Assembly (NCBI RefSeq): GCF_964204865.1
Contig: NC_135252.1
Location: forward strand, 13,640,001-13,704,000
DNA length: 64,000 nt
Reading direction: 5' to 3'
Source: Styela clava
Taxonomy: Eukaryota
Part shown: positions 52,575 through 64,000 of the stretch, one piece after another
How positions within the stretch are numbered: position 1 is the first letter of the stretch
Layout: the number at the start of each line of letters is the position of its first letter
Notes under the pieces: generated by a model
The model's database searches: none
Told to the model about the DNA's origin: nothing
What the model saw: only the letters and a program-made list of their open reading frames with translations
Position numbers and translations under genes: made by a program

Positions 52575-54394
52575 AGCCTACCTGTTACTACAAAGGACGG
52601 TACCACGCTGAACTACGGTACTTCCGTAAGCCACTTTCATTATGCTTGGGGTCTTGAATAATGTATTGAGTTTGGGCTTTGCGTTATCAAAAATGTACAA
52701 CTCGCAGACAAAGTAAATAACAATACGCATTCAAGCCAGTGCCAAGCGCGCCTCACTGCCTTCTGCGAAATTGAATTCCGCGGAAACCATCGCTGCGTAG
52801 ATTCCGACAACAGGGTTAAAATAAACTTATCATTTTTTTCTGGTTGGAAAAAATAAACTTGACCTGACTTGACGCTCATGATATAGTATGCTGGCTGCTT
52901 TTGGGTGTACTAATACAATGGTATTCGCGTTATTTATAATATTTATTTTAAGCTTCGCCATGGTACAAAAATGAAAAATCTATAATTGGACTTTTAAGCT
53001 TTAACAATACATACCTGCGTCATATTGCCAGTAGCAGTGGAAATACAAACGATGAAGCGATAATCTTAAACTCAAAATTACACATGGTCTGGACACAAAT
53101 AAATTATTTTTTCGTGCTATTTAGTTTTTCATTATTGCCCGTGTATTTTCGAGGATGACGGATGGAACTGCTTTCAAGACCGTTTTTTTTCAAAATTATA
53201 ATGATTTAGGCTAGTTACCTGTAACATGGTTTACGCGACTCAGAATACGAATTAGTGTAAACAACGACTGATCTTTGTTTTCCTGTTTCCAGTGTTTCGC
53301 AGGTTAGTGATAAACTTCGATAGCCCGCGTTAAGCTGTTTGTTTATTACGTGTTCAAATCATCGTAATCGGTGTGAAGACAGATGCTGCAAGTGCTGAAG
53401 TGGGAGAAATCAACTTACCAATTTGCGAATAAACAAACAAAATGTTATCATGTCGCTCAAATTAGCGAATTGGCCTAGTTTTGCGTTTGACTTGCTCAGT
53501 TTTTTACGAGAAAGTCATTTGCGGTAATAATGTTTGGTCGTAAAAGGGCATTACAAAGATTGATAGCTAAAGAAAGAAATTGGTTAATTTCAGTAATTTA
53601 GAGTTTAGCTGCAAGAATTGTTATGTCCGTATGGCGGCTTCGTGAATCGACGAATTCGTACGCAAAATCAAAAATATGATAGCAAGAGGATGGACAAGCA
53701 GGTGAAGTGTTAATTTCATTACAAAATATAGACTATGTAATTTATATGGCAGAATAGCAGACACACTTTCAGGCACTTGTGGGTCTGAGGACGAGGTCAG
53801 ACCATGTAGCTGGACACGGAATACTGGAATAGGTGTATAAGACATCTGTTCTTATCTTCTAACAACTAATTGGCCAGGTTGAATAAACTGTTGGCTAAAA
53901 TCGCTTTATTTCATACAGTCATATCTCAGATTTAGTTAAACAGCGATAAACTGGATATTGGTAAGACATGATTATAAATACAGAATCAGATGACATAAAC
54001 CTGTAAAAAGATATTATACTGTAGTAGTTTGAGAATGTATAAACTCTATATTATACACAATAACCACTCGAATAAACAAAAATAATTATCATAATTAATA
54101 CTATTTATTGATTGAAACTTTTATTTTGATACTATTTTATGTTTATGACCCCATTTTAGGTAATTTTGAGATTTTTGTTATGGGATAAACTGGAGAAAAT
54201 CCAACTGGTCTCTAAAGCAGTGAATCTCGTGAAAGTCAAACTATCAGTAAGTAGGGTGTAGCTCAAATGAATATGATTTTTTGGATTCGATCAGTAAATC
54301 TAATAATGTTATTCAAAATATGAAGTACTGTACATTCATATAAATAAATTTCATTGTCTTGCAGAATTTTTTGTTACGAAATTTTTCTGTAGCA

Positions 54395-55489
54395 ATGGGT
54401 GTTGTCCACAAACTGCTATACAGAGTTACCAATGCTAAATTGTACTTGTGCATTGGAATCGTATTATGTACAATGACAATGGGATTTACAACATACTTTC
54501 TGAGGCATGGATTAGATTCCAATTACAACCGTGTGATCAAAAGTGAAGGTTTCCAAGGAAAAAGATCATTTGATATTGAAAACGAATTATTCGCTGAGGC
54601 AGAGTTGATGTCAAAAAGTAGTCTTTCTACGGCAACAGTGGTTGGTAAAGTTTTTGCTCCACCAACAGTGAGGACGAAAAATTATATGGATAAAATTATT
54701 TACAACCGTGTTGGAAAATGTGGCAGTCGATCAATGTTGTCTTTGATCACAAGGCTTTCTAGCCGGAACAACTTTCTGTTTTATGCTTCACCTGTGTCAA
54801 ATCGAACAAGAGTTCCTCTTCCAGAATCGATCAAAGAAGTTCAAGTTATAAATAATCTACCTTCCCCTAGCATTTATTCTAGACATATTCACTATCTCGA
54901 TTTATTCAAATATGGTATTTCTGGAGTTGTTTATATAAACATGATAAGAGATCCTATTGAAAGATTCTCTTCCCAGTATCATTTTTTACGATATGGTGAT
55001 GGTATTAAGGCACAAGGAAGACGCTATGAACCGTGGGAGGGAGGTGATAAAGATATGGACATAAACGACTGTATTCTGAAAAACCATCAACTGTGTACTG
55101 CTGGCAGATTATTTTATGTAGTGCCATATTTTTGTGGTCAAGATTTTTTGTGCCATCGTCCATCAAAGGAAAGTTTGTACAGAGCTAAAGTTCATGTCAT
55201 GGAAAATTACTTGGTTGTTGGATACTTGGAGGATTTCACAGGCATGCTCCAAGTCCTTGAGAAATTACTACCACAATTTTTTACCGGTTCTTTAAAACTT
55301 TGGAAAGATATTTCAGCAGACACAATGATTAATACATCAACATTAAAGAAACAGAAAATAAATGAGACTGCATATGCTGTGCTAAGGGAAAGAATGGAAA
55401 TTGAATATGATTTCTATAATTTTGTCAAAACTCGTTTTAGGATTATCAAAAAACAAATGGAGATTTTTGACGATGACGAAGCCTTGTAA
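54395..55489 (+). CDS. UST: Uronyl 2-O-sulfotransferase-like Golgi type II membrane protein (364 aa, single coding exon)
   Basis: N-terminal TM segment (LYLCIGIVLCTMTMGFTTYFL). 5'-PSB motif YNRVGKCGSRS is UST-type rather than HS2ST (NRVPKTAS). 3'-PB motif YINMIRDPIERFSSQYHFLRYGD and RLFYVVPYFCGQ. Splice acceptor ttgcag at 54364 lies upstream of the ATG. Confidence 0.9.
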   Translation: MGVVHKLLYRVTNAKLYLCIGIVLCTMTMGFTTYFLRHGLDSNYNRVIKSEGFQGKRSFDIENELFAEAELMSKSSLSTATVVGKVFAPPTVRTKNYMDKIIYNRVGKCGSRSMLSLITRLSSRNNFLFYASPVSNRTRVPLPESIKEVQVINNLPSPSIYSRHIHYLDLFKYGISGVVYINMIRDPIERFSSQYHFLRYGDGIKAQGRRYEPWEGGDKDMDINDCILKNHQLCTAGRLFYVVPYFCGQDFLCHRPSKESLYRAKVHVMENYLVVGYLEDFTGMLQVLEKLLPQFFTGSLKLWKDISADTMINTSTLKKQKINETAYAVLRERMEIEYDFYNFVKTRFRIIKKQMEIFDDDEAL

Positions 55490-57009
55490 AATATTATTCG
55501 ACATGCCAATCAACCCCACACTATTGGAATAATCACTTTATCTATATTTATTCTTCAAATATTGATGTCATTCATTTAGTTAAAATCCTGCCTAAGATTG
55601 TTATTGTTTATCCCATTGTTATTGTCTTCTTATTGAGATGTGGTATGAAGTACAGTTTTGCATCATTGAAATCATTTTTCACATATTAATATGCTGTGAT
55701 ATATAAAAATTCCCCCATGATGTGGATTTATATGTTAAACAGAATTTTGTAAAACAATTTTTCAGAAATTCAAGATATTCATTTTGAAAGACATTTTGAC
55801 TATTTGTTGAAACAATTATTGTATGACCCCATATTTGTTCCTCATTTTTCTTCAGTACAGCAAGTGAGTAATATTTGATTTTCTCATTTTACACCACTGT
55901 CATAAAATTTCGATTGGTTTTCACTGGATCTACCGTAATTTTTTTACTTGCTAAAATCTTCAAGGACTTTTTTTGTCATGTGTACTCATCTTCATTCCAT
56001 TTGCTAAGAAATTACTATTTTATACATTTTTTTACATGAAATCTTACCATTGCAGTATTTTTGCTAATTTTTTTGCAATATACTTTGCCAAAGAAACGAA
56101 GCGGTGGAGATGATACAGATATTGCTTTAAAAAATTATAAATGGCTCTAATGCTTGCTGCTATCTTTCTTTTGAGAATTTGGGGAAATATAGGTTTAAGA
56201 ATAGTGGAAGATTATATTATTATTATTACATATATCTTGATCTGTTTTTAATCCTAGATCAACATGTCATGAGTTTTTTTTAAATTTTCATTCGTTTATA
56301 TATATATTGATTACTCTAATCATATAATGAATTGTACTATGTACAATTGCTATGTTCTCTATGAGAAGATGAGACTGTTTTTACATTTCTATTTTGATTT
56401 AATGACTACCAATGCTAGACTAGGACTCGTCTTCGAGTATTGTTGATGCATAAAATTCGAAATTGAGATTTCATTGAATTTTTAAAACTGAGATCCAGTT
56501 TAAAATGTTTTCTTATATGAGATTTACCCTCAAATCATAGTCACAAGCTTCTTGGTATATTCTAGTATTTAGATTTGATGAGCACATGTTTACACTCGCT
56601 GAATATTTTGCATTGTATTTGTCTGTAATCATAGTCAGTATTTTATACACTTTTTTACTTTATCAGAAACTACTTTCTACCTTTTGTCTTCAAGTTTTTC
56701 TGCTTTGAAGCATATTTTCTCACTTTTTTCATGCATTCATCAAACTGTGGTGCTGAAGCATGATGGCTTACTAAATAACAAATTACGTGAACACAATTTA
56801 TGCCTCAATATTTTCATTTGTTTTCTCTATCAAGCATAGGACTAAAATGGATTATTATATGTATGCTTTTTTTTTAATATTTTTACTATGTAAAATTTTT
56901 ACTAGCTTGTTTCAAGCCCTACTATACAGCATTAAAGTGAACTTATTATAGCTCAAATATTTTGCATTTGTATGTACTTGTATGAATATCTACTTTTGTA
57001 AGCATTTAG

Positions 57010-57215
57010 TTGTTAGAGTGGTTCATCCACCAATAATTCCGTGCGTATGAAACAAATAAATGGATTACTAATCCCATACCCGACATGGACTGGTATAGCT
57101 GACGAGAGGCCGTTGTTCGCCATATGACCAATCCGTCTTATCAGGCTATGGCTTCACGTTATGTTGGTCAGTTACAGATCCAATAGGGGTTAATTCACTC
57201 GCCCCTGGGGAGAAA
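57010..57215. mobile_element. Probable SINE-like repeat fragment
   Basis: GC-richer island (CTAATCCCATACCCGACATGGACTGG...GAGAGGCCG..GTTCGCCATATG) in AT-rich intergenic DNA that looks like a dispersed-repeat body. No second copy in the window, so unverified. Confidence 0.35.
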
Positions 57216-57358
57216 AATTTACAAGTATCGTTGAGCACATATTACCACGGCTTAATTATCCTGCGAGTATTTCAAGTGACATTCAACGCGAACGAAACTT
57301 ACAATCTTGGTAGTCGAGGTTGGAATGCTTTCGAAAACTTCATAGTTCGAGAATATCG

Positions 57359-57387
57359 ATAGCAATATCTGTAACAGATATTGCTAT
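57359..57387. repeat. Perfect 14-bp inverted repeat with 1-nt spacer
   Basis: ATAGCAATATCTGT-A-ACAGATATTGCTAT. Confidence 0.95.
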
Positions 57388-58930
57388 AAAATGTATGTTC
57401 GTAATTCCTGAACAAAACATTGTCCTTCATCTTACCATCTCGGAAAGTTTGTCAGGGGTCAATGACACGGAGAAATAAAATGATCCCTTACCCCTATGAG
57501 AATAAATGAAAAAGACCGTCATTTTCTCTTCTATTGTTAGATATTATATTTCTTCACATAAACCAGATTATCATATAGAATAGAATAGTGAACCAGAATC
57601 GGACAATGTCTAAATCAAGTATTATCTTGATTTTTGTGGTGTTATGTCATGGATGAAAGTAATTCACCATTCCGGAGGTTATGCCCAGGACTCGAACAAA
57701 ATAAAACGTCCTATAATAAAGTCAATGTAATGACAAACCTTTATTAATTAATGAAACAATAGCCCAACCAACGCTTCACACAATAAGCTAAAACGTATCG
57801 TTTGTCACATGTTGAAAAGGTATCGTAGAGACTCGACCTTTTTGACATCGCGACAGAACAGACACAGCCTGCCTACGACCCAGGTCGCGTTGAGGCTGGG
57901 AAATTTATTGTATTAATATGGTTACATAGTGAGTATCAGACATTTGTTTCGTTGTATTTGAAGTAAGACTAATTTTTAATGTTGGCAACATAACTCCGGG
58001 GAAGCCATCTGAGCTGTAATTAATTCAGTTCATCTGCTTATACCACTCGGTCGACGATCTTTAAAAATTACAGGAATTTACGATACGACTCCCAATGAGG
58101 CATAATTGTAGGTTCTCGAGCAGTTATAGGTCTATAGACAGACATTTACAAAAACGGGATTATTCGTCGCGATCCACTGTAAGTCAGTATTAGAAAAACG
58201 CTTTGTTATATTGTCACATTGCGCTAGTACGAGAACGTATAACATTGTCAAATTATCAAAAAAACATACCTCTACAATAAGGAATGATATATGTATACAA
58301 TTTTACTTTCCATTTCTTTATCGCGATTGCTCTTCCAGTTCGACGTCCAACAATATTAAATTTTATACAAAAAAAGGTAAATTTGCTGAAAGTTAGCCTG
58401 ATATCATTTTTCTTAATTCAGTGGTCAGTAAGATGAGTAACTTCGGTGTGAGAGAGAGAGGGGTAGCCTATAGTTAGTCGATAATAGTATTCCATACTTA
58501 TTCTCGGAATGTGTTCGTCCTACGTCTATATAAAAAAAGAGATATTGAGCAACTACGCGCATTGCAATTGTACCTTTTTTATTTGAATTTTTTCAAGTTT
58601 TGATTCTTTATACTATGGTACGCTTATTAATTTTTAGCCACCGAAGAAACGCATTGGACACAGGGTGATGATTTGTAGAAATCAGCTACTAAATGAAGTA
58701 CCGACAATATATTTGTAAAGTTGGAAAGAATACATTATTGCTTTCTCTATTTTCATAGAATGGTTCATTCAAATACGCTGGACCGTTTGTCACTCAACAC
58801 TGATATCTTGAACATACGCGCCCATACCTATAAATAAATTCGATTTTGATCTTCTTTTATTAACAACTAATTCTCACAGAGCCAATGATAATGTAAATCA
58901 CGTTTTCATCTTACACAAACCTCCAACACG

Positions 58931-61900
58931 ATGACTTTGAAGTGTAGAGTATTTCTTTTGGATGTATCTGAAGTACAATTTGAGGTGAAGAAGAAGGACA
59001 AAGGTGCGGTATTGATGCAAAGGGTGTTCCGTCATTTGAACTTAGTCGAAGAAGACTATTTCGGATTGATTATCAAAGGAACTGACTTACAAAAAGTATG
59101 GCTAGATTCGGAAAAGAAAATAAAGAATCAGATAAGCAAGTAAGAGAGTGAAGTAAATGTGCAAATTTGTGAATGGGTTAAACACAGTTGGTATTTGATT
59201 ATCTATTCCGGATGTTACAATTACCATGAGCATTTATTTTGCACTTTTGATACAGATAAGCTCACTATATTTGCATACTTTGTTATTGTTCGTTGCACCT
59301 CTGTAGAAGTAAGCATCCAACTCACAGAAATACAAATATATATAAATATACCTATATAGATAATGCAAGCAAGTGATCACGCCGAATATTTTGCTTGTTA
59401 CAGACGATCATGAGTTAGGAGAAGATTGAATGAGCAACTTCCCAAAATCATGTGGAGTAATTTGGCGCCGTTAATTTCATACATAACGATTTAATGTTAA
59501 GGAAAAATTTGTTTGGTTTGCATAAAAAAAAACATCCACATTATTCCAACCTGGTTTTTAATTAATTGGATTTTTTTTTTTTTTGTTTTTTGATTGAGTT
59601 TCTCTTAGGCTAAGTTTCTAACACTGTGGCAATAACCTAACTTAGCCAGAGTAAGTCGTGGGGAGATAACAGGATAGTACCACTGGCTCAAATAATATAT
59701 TTGTTATATTGCTAGTTCACGCTGGATAGATTACAAAAAACGCAAAGTTTACCATCTGACATTGACGCTTATAGGCAGGTAAATTAACGGACACTGATTT
59801 TGTCTCATTATTGACGGTTGGAATTTTTCTTTTGCCTATTTGGCATTTCCTTTCTTCATTTAATTACTCTCTTTCGCTCGTGATTGCTGCTACGTGATAT
59901 TAGGTTTGATGCAAAGCTCGTCGAATTTTAACGATGATTTTAGACAAATTCATATTCTTGCTATATACTACATTTTACTTGTAGTTTTTGAATATTCTCT
60001 TTCTCTCTACTTCCATTTCTACGGCTTTGTAGTTTCATTTACTATCAGAGAAATAAAATATATTAATATTTTGATTCTTTTGTCATGAAAGTTTGCAAAG
60101 TATTATTGGATGTTCGTCCGACCAATCGACAGCAAGGGCAATTATACCAAGGTATCATTCCACTTTTCAATAACATTACTGACATTATTTTGATACACTA
60201 ATCGACTTTCAGGTCGAGATAAAATTTTTAAATCGATGATTGGAGCCTAAGTCGGTGCACCCTCATTGCCAAAATGGCGTTGGATGTACGAACCTAAAAA
60301 TGCAACATTTTTCGTTCTGTCCCGTAAATGTAAACCATTCTAAGAGTGGTAAGATTGACGAGTTTGAAAGTCATTGGATGGGGCCGATAGTAAAACGGGT
60401 AAGAAACCCCGGTATAAGTCAATTAAAGTATATTATACCCTTTTAGTTCAATAATTTATCTTTATGTAGGCTTACCATACGTCCCGCTTTAGGCGGGACA
60501 GTCCCGCTTTTTAGCGTCTTGTCCCGCCGTCCCGACAAGTCAGCAAAAAGATGGCGTTCAGCCATCCTTCATAATACACGAACATGTTCTCGTTACTGTT
60601 GCTGCTGTGTAGCGCAACGCTAGCCTACTTACTGAAGGTGAATGCGGTATTTTGTTCGTTTCCCGCTAACATTGTTAGCGAACGTATCACATTGGAAGTC
60701 AATTCTAATTGGTCCTGTTCGGACGTTCACGTGAATGCAACCTTGAACAACGTCGTTTTGAAATTGTTATCTAGAAAAAAGCATGCTTGGGCGAATAAGT
60801 AAATTTTCAATGCCTGAAAACGGCAGACTATTTCATTATTCCTCATTCCTTTTGCTGCACATAAAAAATCTTAATTCGGATCATTTGTATCGTTAGCGTC
60901 TATTCCTTTCTATTTTTCGAACTGAACCCGATATTTAGACATAGAATATGCGCATGAACTCTCGATGACAATATGGTCAATGGACAGCCGAGATGGCTTT
61001 AAATGTATATAGGACTATCCCTACGTAGTAAAATCGGAAACTGTAAAGTTACAGGATCACAGCTAAGGGGTCGTGTCTTTGGAGGAGTCCCGCTTTGAAG
61101 TAAAAAAAAAATATGGTGACCCTATATTTATGTTCATTATTCTATTCCAGAAGTGGAAAGCTGGAATTTCAATTTGCCGTCAAGTACTATCCGACAACTC
61201 CTACAAATCTGAAAGAGGACATCACCAGGTAGGTAACGGCTGCATTAGAACTGATACAGTGCAATGTCCGAAAAAATTATGTACTATTGTTGTATCTCTG
61301 AAGTTATTACAGGTCAGTGGGTGCCTGTGCATATCAAATGTATCTATTCAAGCATTTGCTCTTTTATATTAATGTTTCCAAATTATTCCTAATGCAAGTT
61401 AAGTATTGTGTTTATAAGACAAATTTGAACTTTACCTGCGGTAGTGTTTTGCTGAAATGTAAAAACTGACTTTGAAGAAATTTGAGATCATACTGGTCCA
61501 AGCATAGACATAGCATAGATGATATGTATTTCTGCATTTTGTATAAGCAATAAATATTTCATTTGGAATATTCGTGGTATTCACCATAGCTAACATGTTG
61601 ATACGCGCAATGGTAATTCAGTAATATGACATGTGTTTTTTGTGGTAATTAGATGGATTTAATCTATTGTAAATCTTTATTTTGTTGTTTTGATTTCATT
61701 CGAAATAACGCGTAACAGAACACCGATATCAGCGTACATAAACACGTGATCACTGTTCGAAAATAAAACTAGTAATTTTGTATTCATTTGTTATGCCTAT
61801 GAAACAAAAGACCGAATTCCTTTTAACATTTTACGCGTGTCACATCATTGTGCAGAATAATAGAAATCTGCTATACCTAACTGGCATCCAACAGTAATCG

Positions 61901-64000
61901 AATTAAATAATTCTGAAAATTTACTAACATGGTTCTCTCTAACGTGCGCAACTGCGCAGTACCACCGTTTCATTTGCGCAGTAAAATGTCATTGTCGCGC
62001 ACTTGCAACGTTTCCAAAGCGTGGCACATCATATTTTCTAAAGCCTAATAATCAATCAGCTACATATCAAGATCCAGCCATCAACATGGACAAAGTGTAT
62101 AAACATTGGGAAAGCACGGAAACAGGGAGAAGCTATTATAACTAAATGTTTAATTTATTCTAATCCTGATAATATATTATACTATTTGTAAATAATTTGG
62201 GACTAAACCTTGAAAAAAATCATACTCACTAAAGCAAACATGTGCTCCGCGTAAAATTTTCTCAAAGGGAACACTGTTTACTAGCGTATGGCCATCAACT
62301 CCACAAATACCGAAGTAACACAGAACACTGGAATTCATCAAATTTTTATGCAGGGAATTCTTGAATCAAACATTTGCCTTCGACTTAATATGCGATACGA
62401 GCGCATAATTTTGGTCAACATAATTTTTTATCGATGGGGTTCGTGGTCGTCCGGCTTTTTCTTATTCGTTCACGACCAAAGTATGTCTTTTGTGGTCATT
62501 GGAACTTTATTATTCATGATTTTTAGGTATCAGCTCTGCCTTCAGTTAAGAAAAGACCTTGCTACAGATTTGTCATGTTCATTGGATGACCTTGCTGATA
62601 TATTGTCTTACTGGCTCCAGTCAGAATATCAAGGAAGCGAAGACAATGCACAAACTGTTAAAGACTGTCTCAAAGAGTTTGAAAGTCTCCCATCTGAAGT
62701 ATCAACAAAAGAATTCACTGACAAGGTTCTATCTTTATATCGTAAAAGGCGTGATATGTCATCTGCAGAAGCAGATGTGCAATTTCTTCTTAAAACGTCC
62801 GGCTTAGCAATGTATGGAATTCATTTCTTCGAAGGAAAAAACACAGCAGGAGCCAAAATACGTGTTGGAATAGGAGCGAAGGGAGTCATAGAAAAACTCG
62901 GCGACAGATCCACAATATCCCATCCGTGGAATCGAATAAAAAACGTTGTATACAAAGACAATAAATTTAAAATAAAACTTTTACGACCGCCATCTAACGG
63001 TGATCCGCGATTAAAGAAATCGTTCATCTTCGACTCGGAAAAACAAGTTTATTTAATTTGGAGAAATGCTGTTGATCATCATGTGTTCTTCCGAATAGGG
63101 GAGAAAGATAAGAAGCCCAAACCGACTGCCGGGAGTGGAAAGAAGCCCAAGTAAGAACACAGAAGAGTGTTTCGTAGCATGCCGGCTTTCTTTGTCCAGT
63201 AGAAAAACAGAGAATTAAGGAATTTTCGAATTTAAATTTTATTCAATCTTGGCGTTATATATATATCGCAAATTTTAATATTTAGCCACATGATCATATC
63301 TTTTTCCAATTGGTATTTGGTGAAAAAGAATCGTTCAATCAAGGGCAAAAAAAATATTTAGAAAGCCAAACTTGATCACTAAAATTGTAATAACGCAAAA
63401 GATTATTAGTGATTGCAACATATTTCCGTCACTGCCAACTCAAGGTTTAATGTCTTTCCTACATTTAAAAGGTGCCCATACAACACTAATCCAAACACGT
63501 TAAAATATCTTTTACCTTTCGTTTCAACTTGCAGGAAACGACCATCATTGCTCAGAAGACTCAGTTCTAAAAAGAAAAAAACAAAAACTGAATCTGATGT
63601 ACAAGAAGAAAGTGATAACATAAAACGACTTCAACCTACGGTGGTAAAGAATGTTTCATTTGTGATTAAACATTTATGAAAGTGCAGTGTCATTTAAACG
63701 ATACTTTTTTCATGATATACTCACAAAACATATTGAGTTCTACACGGCAAAAGCTATTTCAATTCTAACTTTTTCAATTCTAAATTTTTCAGACTCGCCA
63801 AGGCACATTGCGTGGTCGCCCCCTTAGTCAGCTAAGTACATCTCAATCATCAGTTTCTACTGAACTTCCAGCCGAAGCAACATATACTATATCTCAAGAA
63901 CCCCAAGCGGAGTCCGACGCTTCTTCAATTCCCGATGAAACAAAGCCCCATGTAATCGATTTCGGGGAAAAGAGTGACGTTCCGCGTGAAAATGCCGACA
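58931..64000 (+). CDS. FERM-domain (band 4.1-like) protein, 5' part; continues beyond window
   Basis: Exons 58931-59139, 61151-61228, 62527-63150, 63535-~63643, 63793->64000 are in phase. FERM motifs CRVFLLD, HLNLVEEDYFGL, WLDSEKKIKNQI, FAVKYYP..P..LKEDITRYQLCLQLRKDL, MYGIHF and WRNAVDHHVFFR, followed by a low-complexity tail. Confidence 0.9.
60467..61124. mobile_element. hAT-type non-autonomous DNA transposon (658 bp)
   Basis: Termini TAGGCTTACCATA / TATGGTGACCCTA (inverted), repeated subterminal GTCCCGC motifs, and 8-bp flanks TCTTTATG / TATTTATG (7/8 TSD). Confidence 0.8.
61928..62276. mobile_element. hAT-type MITE (349 bp)
   Basis: Termini CATGGTTCTCTCTAA / TCAAAGGGAACACTG (imperfect TIR), subterminal TGCGCA motifs, and 8-bp flanks TTTACTAA / TTTACTAG (7/8 TSD). 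Confidence 0.7.

Noticed and set aside
54359-54394. Start of the 376-aa ORF at 54359
   Set aside because: A TTG within the splice acceptor. The first ATG is at 54395.
62288-62526. N-terminal 80 aa of the 288-aa ORF as coding or TM segment
   Set aside because: Intronic. FERM homology resumes at acceptor 62526/62527 in the correct phase.

Overview
AT-rich, intron-rich eukaryotic genomic DNA (GT-AG introns, no operons). The gene content and compactness suggest a marine invertebrate, possibly an ascidian/tunicate (inference). Most ORFs in the supplied track are spurious or exon fragments, so I rebuilt genes by hand from splice sites and phase continuity. Left to right: (1) two minus-strand paralogs (2566->57, probably continuing off the left edge; 12054/10846->7625) of an unrecognised secreted Cys-patterned family sharing exon phases and an RxKR-A[LI]SxKD furin-type motif; (2) a ~23 kb interval with no recognisable intact gene, holding repeats, two nested inverted repeat pairs and a processed SmG (SNRPG) pseudogene; (3) a 32-exon plus-strand gene (35110-47084) for a secreted protein with 17 atypical 8-Cys LDL-receptor-class-A-like modules, built from four ~2.3-2.55 kb tandem genomic units, with phase-interchangeable half-module exons, one deleted exon, one dead exon and a GC-AG intron; (4) two tandem IAH1-like SGNH esterases; (5) a uronyl 2-O-sulfotransferase (UST)-like gene with a single coding exon; (6) the 5' part of a FERM/band 4.1-like gene with two hAT-type MITEs in its introns. 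The best candidates for undescribed biology are the modular LDLa-like array and the paired secreted proprotein family.
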